Assembly: GCA_002495905.1 (NCBI GenBank)
Contig: DAHJ01000035.1
Coordinates: forward strand, 37,478 to 101,477
DNA from: Thaumarchaeota archaeon UBA223
GTDB lineage: Archaea > Thermoproteota > Nitrososphaeria > Nitrososphaerales > UBA57
Reading direction: 5' to 3'
DNA length: 64,000 bases
Below the pieces are notes generated by a model. The model saw only the letters and a list, made by a program, of their open reading frames with translations, made no database searches and was not told the origin of the DNA. A program made the translations under genes and the position numbers. Below, piece after piece: positions 10,062 to 18,648 of this stretch (position 1 is its first letter; each line of letters opens with the position of its first letter).

Positions 10062-11036
10062 ATGAAAATATTAGTCACGGGTTCTTCAGGGTTTTATGGT
10101 TCACATTTAATTGATTTATTATTAAAAGAAACTGATGCAGAAATATATGGAGTAGATAATTTACACAGACTAGAAGATTTTCCAGTAGACCCATTTGAGA
10201 TAATTGAGAATAAAGAACAATTTAATGAGAGATTTGTTAATTGGGAGATGGATTATAGAGATTTAAAGGCAGAAAAGATTGACGAGGCAGGGATTGACAC
10301 ACTAATTCATCTGGCTGCACTAGTATCGATTCCAGAATCAATGGAAAAACCGATGGAATATTTTGAATCAAATGAAAAAGGAACATTCAATCTATGTCAG
10401 GAATTATTAAAGACTAAAAGTAAACCATTTTTGATTTATGCGTCTTCGCCAGAAGTTTATGGAAATCCAATATATACACCAATGGATACAGATCATCCTT
10501 GTCGTCCTAGAAGTTTTTATGCAGCTACAAAGTTGGCGGCAGAAAAACAATGTATGGTATTACATGAATGGTATAAATATCCAGTTTCAGTAATTAGAAA
10601 TTTCAACACATATGGTGAAAATCAAAGTAATTCGTATAGAGGATATGCTGCAGTAGTACCAGAATTTGTAACTAGAGCATTGAAAAATGAGAAAATCAAA
10701 ATTCATGGAAATGGTAAACAAACTAGAGATTTAATGTATGTAAAAGACGCAGTTGAAGCATACGTAAGAGTAATGAAAGAAAGAGAAAAGACTCAAGGAG
10801 AAGTATTCAACATTGGAACAGGTATTCAAACAAGCATATTAGATCTTGCAAAGAAGATTATGGAAATATCAGGTTCTTCATCTGAGCTAGTTTATGAATC
10901 AGAAAGAGCGGCAGATCTAGAAAGATTAGAGGCAGATTGTAGTAAAACAGAAAAATTGTTGAAGTGGAAACCAGAATATACTATTGATAAAGGTTTAGAC
11001 ATAACAATTTCATGGTTTAAAAAATTATTAGAATAA
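10062..11036 (+). CDS. NAD-dependent nucleotide-sugar epimerase/dehydratase (extended SDR)
   Basis: It has a Rossmann motif (VTGSSGFYGSHL), the catalytic YAATKLAAE (YxxxK) and a SSPEVYG segment. Confidence 0.85.
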   Translation: MKILVTGSSGFYGSHLIDLLLKETDAEIYGVDNLHRLEDFPVDPFEIIENKEQFNERFVNWEMDYRDLKAEKIDEAGIDTLIHLAALVSIPESMEKPMEYFESNEKGTFNLCQELLKTKSKPFLIYASSPEVYGNPIYTPMDTDHPCRPRSFYAATKLAAEKQCMVLHEWYKYPVSVIRNFNTYGENQSNSYRGYAAVVPEFVTRALKNEKIKIHGNGKQTRDLMYVKDAVEAYVRVMKEREKTQGEVFNIGTGIQTSILDLAKKIMEISGSSSELVYESERAADLERLEADCSKTEKLLKWKPEYTIDKGLDITISWFKKLLE

Positions 11037-11088
11037 TCATATAACAACATTGGTAGATGTTATAAATAATATCTGCAAATAATCTATA

Positions 11089-11991
11089 TTGAATAACAAT
11101 AAAATAACAATTCTAAATGATGCAGCTTGGGTAGGTTATGAATTAGCAAATGGACTTAGAGAGGCGAACATGGAAGTTATTTATTTGCCCAGAAATTATG
11201 CAGGTCCAAATGTAAATACCAATGCATTATATTCAATATATGGAAAGGTCATAAATCCATTTGTAAATGCAATTAAAGCTAAAGGGATAATACATGTAAA
11301 CTATGCATTGCAAGATGCATTTTTTGTACGATTAATTAAAAAAGAGATCAATGTATTGCATTGTCATGGAACCGATTTATTTGGATTATATGATGAAGAA
11401 TTTAAAAAGAATAGTAAAGACCTGACTAGATGGAGAAGAATTATTGAAGGAAATTTGAAATATGCAAATTCAGTAATTGTATCAACGCCAGAAATGTTGA
11501 AATTAGCAAAAACAATCAGGCAAGATGCAGAATATTTACCCAATCCAATAGATACAACTAGATTTTGTCCAAAGGCAAAACAAAATACGCAATTAAAAGC
11601 AATAGGATTTAATTCATGGTATGAAAGAGTGCCAAAATATTTAATTGAACTTATGGAAAAGAATGGTATAAAAGTAGACATACATGACAGAAGACCATTT
11701 TCATATCTAGAATTACATGAGAATTTGAAGGAATATGACATATATATTGACAGAATATTTACCAAAGGAGTATCTTCATACAGTAAAACATGTTTAGAAG
11801 CCATGGCATGTGGTCTTGTGACCATAGATTATAGGCATAAAGATAATGTAAATGAACGAGTAATTGAATTATTAGATGAAGTTGAAAGAAGAAAAGAATC
11901 AGAAAAGAATAGACAATTCATAATTAACAATCATGATAGAGAAAAAGTAATTAAGAAACTATTAAACATATATAGAAAACAAGTAGAATGA
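11089..11991 (+). CDS. GT-B-fold glycosyltransferase-like protein (short)
   Basis: The C-terminal part has SKTCLEAMACGLVTI, resembling the GT4 E..lEAMAcG motif. 300 aa with a TTG start. Confidence 0.5.
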   Translation: MNNNKITILNDAAWVGYELANGLREANMEVIYLPRNYAGPNVNTNALYSIYGKVINPFVNAIKAKGIIHVNYALQDAFFVRLIKKEINVLHCHGTDLFGLYDEEFKKNSKDLTRWRRIIEGNLKYANSVIVSTPEMLKLAKTIRQDAEYLPNPIDTTRFCPKAKQNTQLKAIGFNSWYERVPKYLIELMEKNGIKVDIHDRRPFSYLELHENLKEYDIYIDRIFTKGVSSYSKTCLEAMACGLVTIDYRHKDNVNERVIELLDEVERRKESEKNRQFIINNHDREKVIKKLLNIYRKQVE

Positions 11992-13106
11992 TTATGAAAA
12001 TAGCAATAGTACATTATGACATATCTATGCAAACTGGTGCACAAAGGTTAGTATTAGGAATGGGAAATTCATTAAAGAAACTTGGTCATGAAGTTGCTTA
12101 TTTTACTGCTATCTATGATCAAGAAAAGGCTTTTGAAGAGTTTAGAAACGAAAATGTAATAGTAAGTAATGGAAAGCTAGATTATTTTGGAAGATTTAGA
12201 GCAATAACGGCATACAGAGAAAGTAAAGAAATGATGAAAACAGGAATAAATAAATTTAAGCCAGATTTGTATGTGTTTAGTTCAAATTATTATCTAGCAG
12301 ACAATTATAAACCATCAATGATATATTGTCATCATCCAGAACAGTTATTGATTAGAAAGGGTGACTTTATCAGAAAACTACTACATTTTCCAATAGATAG
12401 AGCAGAGAATAAAGGATTCAAAGAAACAGACATAATATTATGTAATTCTGATTTTACAAAAAGTGCAATAAATGAGAAATTTAACAGAAATAGTACAATA
12501 ATTTTTCCAGGAGTTGATGTAGATAAATTTACACGAAACGAGGTGGATGAAGAATACATTCTGACAGTAAACAGAATTGTTCCGAATAAGAACCTAATAT
12601 TCGCAATAGAATTAATTGATAAGATGAAGAAAAGAGACAATAAAATAAAATTAATCATCGTAGGAGTAAAACAAGTTGGATTTGAATGGCATTTAGATGA
12701 ATTAAATAATAAAATTAAAGAATTAGAATTAAGTGACAATATAGAAATTCATACAAATGTAACTGATTCAGAATTAGTGAATTCATATAAGAATTGTAGT
12801 GTGTTTTTATATACGCCTAAAGAAGAACATTTTGGAATTGCTCCAATTGAAGCAATGGCATGTGGAAAACCTGTAATTGCATTCAATACAGGCGGGCCAA
12901 AAGAAACCATAATAAACGACATAACTGGATATTTGTTGGAAGAGGATTTAGATCAATGGGAAAATAAGATATTTTATCTGTTAAAGAATAATCAAAAAAG
13001 AATGGATATGAGTATAGCAGCGAGAAACAGAATAGTAGATGAATTTAGTTGGGATGCATTTATGAGAAAAATCAAAGACAGTTTAGATAAGATAAAAGTT
13101 AATTAA
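11988..13106 (+). CDS. Glycosyltransferase family 4
   Basis: It has the EEHFGIAPIEAMACGKPVIAFNTGGPKETI signature. 372 aa. Confidence 0.85.
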   Translation: MIMKIAIVHYDISMQTGAQRLVLGMGNSLKKLGHEVAYFTAIYDQEKAFEEFRNENVIVSNGKLDYFGRFRAITAYRESKEMMKTGINKFKPDLYVFSSNYYLADNYKPSMIYCHHPEQLLIRKGDFIRKLLHFPIDRAENKGFKETDIILCNSDFTKSAINEKFNRNSTIIFPGVDVDKFTRNEVDEEYILTVNRIVPNKNLIFAIELIDKMKKRDNKIKLIIVGVKQVGFEWHLDELNNKIKELELSDNIEIHTNVTDSELVNSYKNCSVFLYTPKEEHFGIAPIEAMACGKPVIAFNTGGPKETIINDITGYLLEEDLDQWENKIFYLLKNNQKRMDMSIAARNRIVDEFSWDAFMRKIKDSLDKIKVN

Positions 13107-15067
13107 ACCAAATTTGAATCAATTTGTAAAGAACTATTAGGAAATACTACTGCATTAGTATCTTTGTCATGTTGTTTTTGTAATTCATTAATGAGCGTAT
13201 CCCAATTATTAAAAATTTTAACGTCTTCAGAGTAATGATCGTAAATGTAGTTCTGATTAATTGTAGGACAATAGAATATAAGATTTCGATCTTGAAGTGG
13301 GCCACCGAATGTTCCATGTTTGTCTCTGCGAACATGATGAATCATTCCTTTACCAACCAATCCATGTTCTCCGATTCCTTCAGACGCAGAGGTAATAACA
13401 ACAATTGTACCACCTTTTCTTACAATTTCTTTATCAGAATCTCTAGAACCCCATACATTGAGTGAGTTTAATGCAAGTAGAAACCATGTATCTCGAGGAA
13501 AGGCATTAAAAATTCCAACATCCATGTTATATGGAACATTGGTAGAATAAACATCGACAGCTTTCTTTGACGCAGTATTGAATACATCAACAGGGTTTCC
13601 AGAATATATAGAAGCAGTATCGCCAAGAGAATTAGAAATAGTATTAACGATAAAATCCAATCCAGCCATACTTGCAGCTTCTTCTATATCTGCACGCCTA
13701 CTATTATTCTCAACTTGTCCAATTTTACCTTGAAGAGACTTATTGACAGGTTTATGATTTGCGTCAATAGATTCGATTCCTGCAAGCCCAGGTAATACGA
13801 TTTTTCCTCCGCCACTAAAACCCGCATATGGATGTGGCATTAGAGTTCCAATTCCAATTTTAAGATCTGCTTGAAGATATAATTTATCGATATATACAGG
13901 AGTGCCAGCAGATGTTTCTCCCAAATATTTATTGTTTTGATAAGCGCTATGACAATATATTTTATATTTAGAAACTATTTTTGTTCCTAATTTTTTACAT
14001 AATTCAGCATGTGTTAAAGAACGATGAGTTCCTGTGCTTATAATGAAATAAATGTTTTCGTTAGACAAGCCAGAATTGTGAAGTTCTTCCAATATAAAAG
14101 GAATAATTCGAAATGCTTGAGTAGGTTTAGTTAAATCGTCGACTGCAATACAAACGGATTTCTTTTGTTTAGCAAGAACAGATAATTTTTCCGAATTAAG
14201 TGGATTAGAGATTGAATGAGAAATTTCTTGATCAGAAATTGATGCAGCATTATTCATTTGAGAAATATTAACATTCCAGGATTCAGGGAAAGTCAGATTC
14301 AATGATTCATTACCATACCAAGATTTCCAAGGTACCGAAATAGAATTAATTTTTTTTATATGAGACCAATCAAAATCTTGCATAAGTAATTCAGTAAACC
14401 TAAGGTCAAGATTTTCATCAATGTTTAATGAACGTTCAGGAGGCATAATATATGCATGACTCTTAGAACCTTTGAGAGATTTTGAATTAATGAGAATGTC
14501 GCGTTTAGTAGCATAAATTGCTCCATTTCGAATATATACAGGAGGAAGAGCCTGTCGTGGCATATTTTCTACAGTTTCATCAGCATAATCCACTAATTCG
14601 TCATTAACAATTTTTTTCATTCGATAAGGATGTATAGCTCCAACATCGACAACACTAATAACTGAATCATAATCAGATTCAAACAATTTGTTTACAGAAT
14701 AATCTATGTCTTCAAACGTACGTAAAGGAGTTGTTGGTTGAAGCATCACTACAGCGTCATAAGTAGTATTTTCTTGTTTTTCAAGTTCCAATACTGCATG
14801 AGTAAGAACATCAATAGCAAGTGAATCGTCTTTTGCCAATGAGTCAGGACGAATAAATGGAACAGATGCACCATACGATTTAGAAATACGAATAATTTCA
14901 TCATCTTCTGAAGATACAATAAGATTAGACAAGGTTTTTGATTTTAACGCTTCAACAATTGTATAAGAAATAAGAGGTCGATCCAGAATAGATTTAATAT
15001 TCTTTCGAGGGATGGTTTTCGAACCTCCTCTAGCAGGAATAATGCCAAGAATATGTTTATCTGTCAT
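13103..15067 (-). CDS. Fusion protein: N-terminal acylneuraminate/CMP-sugar cytidylyltransferase domain plus C-terminal LarA-like (nickel-pincer-dependent racemase/epimerase, DUF2088) domain
   Basis: The N-terminus has IIPARGGSKTIPRKNIK...LQPTTPLR (CMP-NeuAc/KDO synthetase fold). The C-terminus has AVDDLTKPT, STGTHR, MPHPYAGFSGGGKIVLPG and a His 16 residues after the Lys, collinear with LarA catalytic and cofactor residues. Confidence 0.8.
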   Translation of the reverse strand: MTDKHILGIIPARGGSKTIPRKNIKSILDRPLISYTIVEALKSKTLSNLIVSSEDDEIIRISKSYGASVPFIRPDSLAKDDSLAIDVLTHAVLELEKQENTTYDAVVMLQPTTPLRTFEDIDYSVNKLFESDYDSVISVVDVGAIHPYRMKKIVNDELVDYADETVENMPRQALPPVYIRNGAIYATKRDILINSKSLKGSKSHAYIMPPERSLNIDENLDLRFTELLMQDFDWSHIKKINSISVPWKSWYGNESLNLTFPESWNVNISQMNNAASISDQEISHSISNPLNSEKLSVLAKQKKSVCIAVDDLTKPTQAFRIIPFILEELHNSGLSNENIYFIISTGTHRSLTHAELCKKLGTKIVSKYKIYCHSAYQNNKYLGETSAGTPVYIDKLYLQADLKIGIGTLMPHPYAGFSGGGKIVLPGLAGIESIDANHKPVNKSLQGKIGQVENNSRRADIEEAASMAGLDFIVNTISNSLGDTASIYSGNPVDVFNTASKKAVDVYSTNVPYNMDVGIFNAFPRDTWFLLALNSLNVWGSRDSDKEIVRKGGTIVVITSASEGIGEHGLVGKGMIHHVRRDKHGTFGGPLQDRNLIFYCPTINQNYIYDHYSEDVKIFNNWDTLINELQKQHDKDTNAVVFPNSSLQIDSNLV

Positions 15068-15070
15068 GAA

Positions 15071-16012
15071 TTAACTTCCTTCCCAATTGTATATAGTTTT
15101 TCCATTAATTTTAGAAGCAAATCTCCCACGATAATAATCACGATTAAGTAATTCTTCTTCACTTAATGAATGAGTTTTTGAACCTAACATATCATTATAA
15201 TTTGGAATATTTTCTACGAGTTTAAACAATTCGTCATGATTAAATTTTGAATAGTCAACAAGATGTTTCAATTGTTCTGGATTAATAGATACAGGACCAT
15301 CTTTTGTCTGTGAAGAATCAAGTATAGTAAAATGACGTTCAATTACATCTGCGCCTTTCCATAATGCTACTATATCAGGATCAATTCCGTGTTTAATAGG
15401 AGACGTATGATCACTAAACCCAACATAATCTGTAAACTTACGAAGATAATCTAGTCGATTAAGATTTAGTTTGTCTACAGGAGTTGGGTAAATTGTAACG
15501 CAATGTAAGAATGAGAAGTTTTGATTGCGAAGAATGTCAGCAGTATTTTCTATTTCTGAATCATGAGTAGCACCGGTTGAAACATAGATATGATTAAATT
15601 TATTTTTAAGGTCGGTAATTAAAGGAAAACTTGCACAATCATAACTTGCAATTTTGATTTCTTTAAAACCGAGTTCAATAATAGAATCAAGTCGACTACG
15701 ATTAAATACAGTAGTAAGAGGAATAACGCCTGCAGCTGAACATTCATCTATAAACATAGAATGTACGTCAAATCCAAGTTCTAATTTACTTAATCTTTCA
15801 AATTCAAATGAATAAGGTCTTTTAATTGATTTTACAATACCATTAGAAGTAATTCCGTTTTCAAATCGCTCTCGAAAAGTCAGATCTTCTGAAAAGATTG
15901 TTTGTATTTTAACATGTGATGCGCCAGAATTAGCTGCGCTCCAAATCATATCCTTTAGAATATTTACATCGCCGTTATGATTTTGACAAAGTTCAGCAAT
16001 TATTTTTGTCAA
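15071..16012 (-). CDS. NeuB-family sialic/nonulosonic acid synthase-like protein with a truncated C-terminal SAF region
   Basis: It contains IIAELCQNHNGD, HVKIQT, IKIASYD, LHCVTIYPTP..LNLNRL, VGFSDHT and VIERHFTILD. It is only 313 aa. Confidence 0.8.
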   Translation of the reverse strand: MTKIIAELCQNHNGDVNILKDMIWSAANSGASHVKIQTIFSEDLTFRERFENGITSNGIVKSIKRPYSFEFERLSKLELGFDVHSMFIDECSAAGVIPLTTVFNRSRLDSIIELGFKEIKIASYDCASFPLITDLKNKFNHIYVSTGATHDSEIENTADILRNQNFSFLHCVTIYPTPVDKLNLNRLDYLRKFTDYVGFSDHTSPIKHGIDPDIVALWKGADVIERHFTILDSSQTKDGPVSINPEQLKHLVDYSKFNHDELFKLVENIPNYNDMLGSKTHSLSEEELLNRDYYRGRFASKINGKTIYNWEGS

Positions 16013-16064
16013 TATAATTTAAAATTGAATTGCTAAAATATAAGCCTGTTATTAATAATAATGT

Positions 16065-16952
16065 ATGATAGGTGCATCTACGTCATATTATGGATATCAT
16101 GGAGAATCGATTGAGAACAAAGTAAAGAAATTAATCGATATATTTGTAAAATGTGAGATGAAGCCTTATATTCAAATCGGAGCAGGAAAAAATAATATCG
16201 AATATAATGAATTAGTAAATATATTAAACGATTATAGAGATAAAAATGAAGTAATTTATACTATACATCAGAGTATTTGGTTACCTTCGGATGATTTTTA
16301 CATAAATATTGCGAGTTCAGACGAACAAATTAGAGAAAAGAGTATTAATTGTATAGAAAAGAATATTGAATTTGCAAGAGATATTGGAGTGAAGAATATA
16401 TCATTTCATGGAGGTTATGCAACAAACACCTTATCACAAAAACAGGAATTTGCTCCATTAGATTCACAAGATAGCATCAGTTATGAAGAAGCATATAATA
16501 ATTCGATCGACTCACTGAATAGATTAATTGAAATAGCAAATGGAGATGTTAAATTAAGTATAGAAAATTTTAATTTTCGGCCTGAAAGAAGATATTTATT
16601 TTCAAGAGTTGAAGATTTTGACAGAATACCTGATAAAATAGGCGTAATTATGAATATTGGACATCTATACTATACTAAGATGAGATTAAAACAAGAAGAT
16701 TATATTACAAAAATGATTGATGCATTGACAGATAAAGTAAATGAGATACACATTAACGACAATGATGGTTCTGAAGATTTACATAAACTTGTAGGTAAAG
16801 GAGATATTCCAATAAGAGAGATATTAAAACTAATTAAAGAAAAGAGAGATTTACCACATTTAATTATTGAAGCACATAAACAAAGACATAGTTATTCAGA
16901 TGATGACCTTATAAATAACATATTAGAATTGAGAGAAATAGCTAGAAACTAA
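16065..16952 (+). CDS. Xylose-isomerase-like TIM-barrel sugar(-phosphate) isomerase/epimerase
   Basis: It shows the ISFHGG, LSIEN, GHLYY and IHINDNDGSEDLH metal-ligand pattern typical of the AP_endonuc_2 fold. Confidence 0.65.
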   Translation: MIGASTSYYGYHGESIENKVKKLIDIFVKCEMKPYIQIGAGKNNIEYNELVNILNDYRDKNEVIYTIHQSIWLPSDDFYINIASSDEQIREKSINCIEKNIEFARDIGVKNISFHGGYATNTLSQKQEFAPLDSQDSISYEEAYNNSIDSLNRLIEIANGDVKLSIENFNFRPERRYLFSRVEDFDRIPDKIGVIMNIGHLYYTKMRLKQEDYITKMIDALTDKVNEIHINDNDGSEDLHKLVGKGDIPIREILKLIKEKRDLPHLIIEAHKQRHSYSDDDLINNILELREIARN

Positions 16953-18631
16953 ATTGTTTGATATTCTATGTGATCGATTTTTTCAATCATTTCACGTCCA
17001 AATAGACTCCATCCATCAAAGAACATACAGGGTTGATTGGTTGTTGAGAGTAAAGAATAAACATCTAATTTAGAATAAGAATCATGATTATTCATAATTA
17101 ATACACAATCAGCATTTTTGAATCCATCTTCAATACTTACAGATTGAACATTAAAGGAATTAATTTGTGTTGTAGAAACTACAGGATCATAGCCAAATAT
17201 ATTATTTGAAACATTAGATAATTTATTAGTGACATCAAGCGTAGCAGATTGACGCGTATCCGAGGTTTCTGGATTTCCTTTGAATGCAAATCCCATAACA
17301 AAGATTTTCAATTTAGAAACATCCTTATTTTGTGATTTACTGAAACGTTCAATTTTTGTAACGATGTGGTCCGACATACTTTCGTTAACAAGTCGAGCAA
17401 GTTCTGTAAGTTTTGGAACATAGCCGGTATTTTTTGAACTAGAAATCAATATATGAGGATCTTTTTTAAGACATATTCCACCGACGCCAGGACTTGGTTT
17501 TGGTATGTTATTCCTAGGATATCCTTCATTAGCAGCTTGAATTAATTTGGATGTATCTATACCGTAATTATCAGCAAGAAGTGCAATTTGATTAGAATAA
17601 GCAAATATCATATCGCGAAATGTATTATCCATGAGTTTAATCAACTCTGCTTCTTCAAGAGAGTCGACGTTAATGATAGTGGGAGTTAATTTATTAAATA
17701 AACCATTAGTAAGTTGAGAACTAGTAAGGTTAAACCCTGCAATAATCTGAGGTAATTCACGAATTTCTTTTAATGCTTTACCAGCAAGAGTTCGTTCAGG
17801 TGCAGAAGCGACATAAAAATCACTATTAGAATCAAGTCCAGAAGATTTCTCAAGAATTGGGATAATATTATTTCGAGTAGTTCCAATCGGGACAGTAGAT
17901 CTTACAATAACTAGATTATTTTTAGATAAATTATTTGCTACATATTCAGTGGCAGAATTAAGATAGTCAAGAATTGGCTCATTATTATCATCAATTGGAG
18001 TTTGAACACATAAAATGTATACATCAGAAGGAGATTTAGAAGAAGTAGTTTGGATTTTTAGATTCTTTCCAACATGGAATTTTAGAAGAGAATCTAAACC
18101 AATTTCATGTATATGAGGAGTTCCTTGATTTAATTTTTTGACGATTTCTTCATTAGAATCTACGCCGGTTACATTGAAGCCAACTTCTGCAAGAGATACG
18201 GCAAGAGTTAAGCCAACATATCCAAGACCAATAACCGCAATTGAAGGTGTATTTTTTTGAACCAATTGTGATTTGTTTATAATATTAACAACTTGGTTAT
18301 TCTCGTTCACAATCAATATATTATGTTCTATTGTTTTCAGTTTGTCATGATGGAGCGATAATATATTTGTTTTATTGTTAGAATCTGATTCACTAATAGT
18401 AAAAGGAGATTTATTCATAATTACAGCAACTGTTTCGTTTAGATTATGATTTTCAAGTAATGCACGTCTGATATCGCCATCAGTAACTATACCAAGTAAA
18501 GAAGTAGAATCATCCACAATCAAAGCAATACCAGAAGGTAGATTATTATGAGGTGCTTGATTAATTATTTCAAGTACGTCCTTAATTTCAGTCTGAGGAG
18601 AAACGAGAATCTCCTTAAATGTCTTTGTCAT
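16949..18631 (-). CDS. CBS-pair domain fused to a nucleotide-sugar dehydrogenase (UDP-ManNAc/UDP-Glc dehydrogenase family)
   Basis: The N-terminal ~120 aa contain CBS motifs (GIALIVDD..LLGIVTDGDIRRAL). These are followed by IAVIGLGYVGLTLA (Rossmann) and SPGVGGICLKKDP (catalytic Cys region). Confidence 0.85.
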   Translation of the reverse strand: MTKTFKEILVSPQTEIKDVLEIINQAPHNNLPSGIALIVDDSTSLLGIVTDGDIRRALLENHNLNETVAVIMNKSPFTISESDSNNKTNILSLHHDKLKTIEHNILIVNENNQVVNIINKSQLVQKNTPSIAVIGLGYVGLTLAVSLAEVGFNVTGVDSNEEIVKKLNQGTPHIHEIGLDSLLKFHVGKNLKIQTTSSKSPSDVYILCVQTPIDDNNEPILDYLNSATEYVANNLSKNNLVIVRSTVPIGTTRNNIIPILEKSSGLDSNSDFYVASAPERTLAGKALKEIRELPQIIAGFNLTSSQLTNGLFNKLTPTIINVDSLEEAELIKLMDNTFRDMIFAYSNQIALLADNYGIDTSKLIQAANEGYPRNNIPKPSPGVGGICLKKDPHILISSSKNTGYVPKLTELARLVNESMSDHIVTKIERFSKSQNKDVSKLKIFVMGFAFKGNPETSDTRQSATLDVTNKLSNVSNNIFGYDPVVSTTQINSFNVQSVSIEDGFKNADCVLIMNNHDSYSKLDVYSLLSTTNQPCMFFDGWSLFGREMIEKIDHIEYQTI

Positions 18632-18648
18632 ATCATTTCACAACCAGT

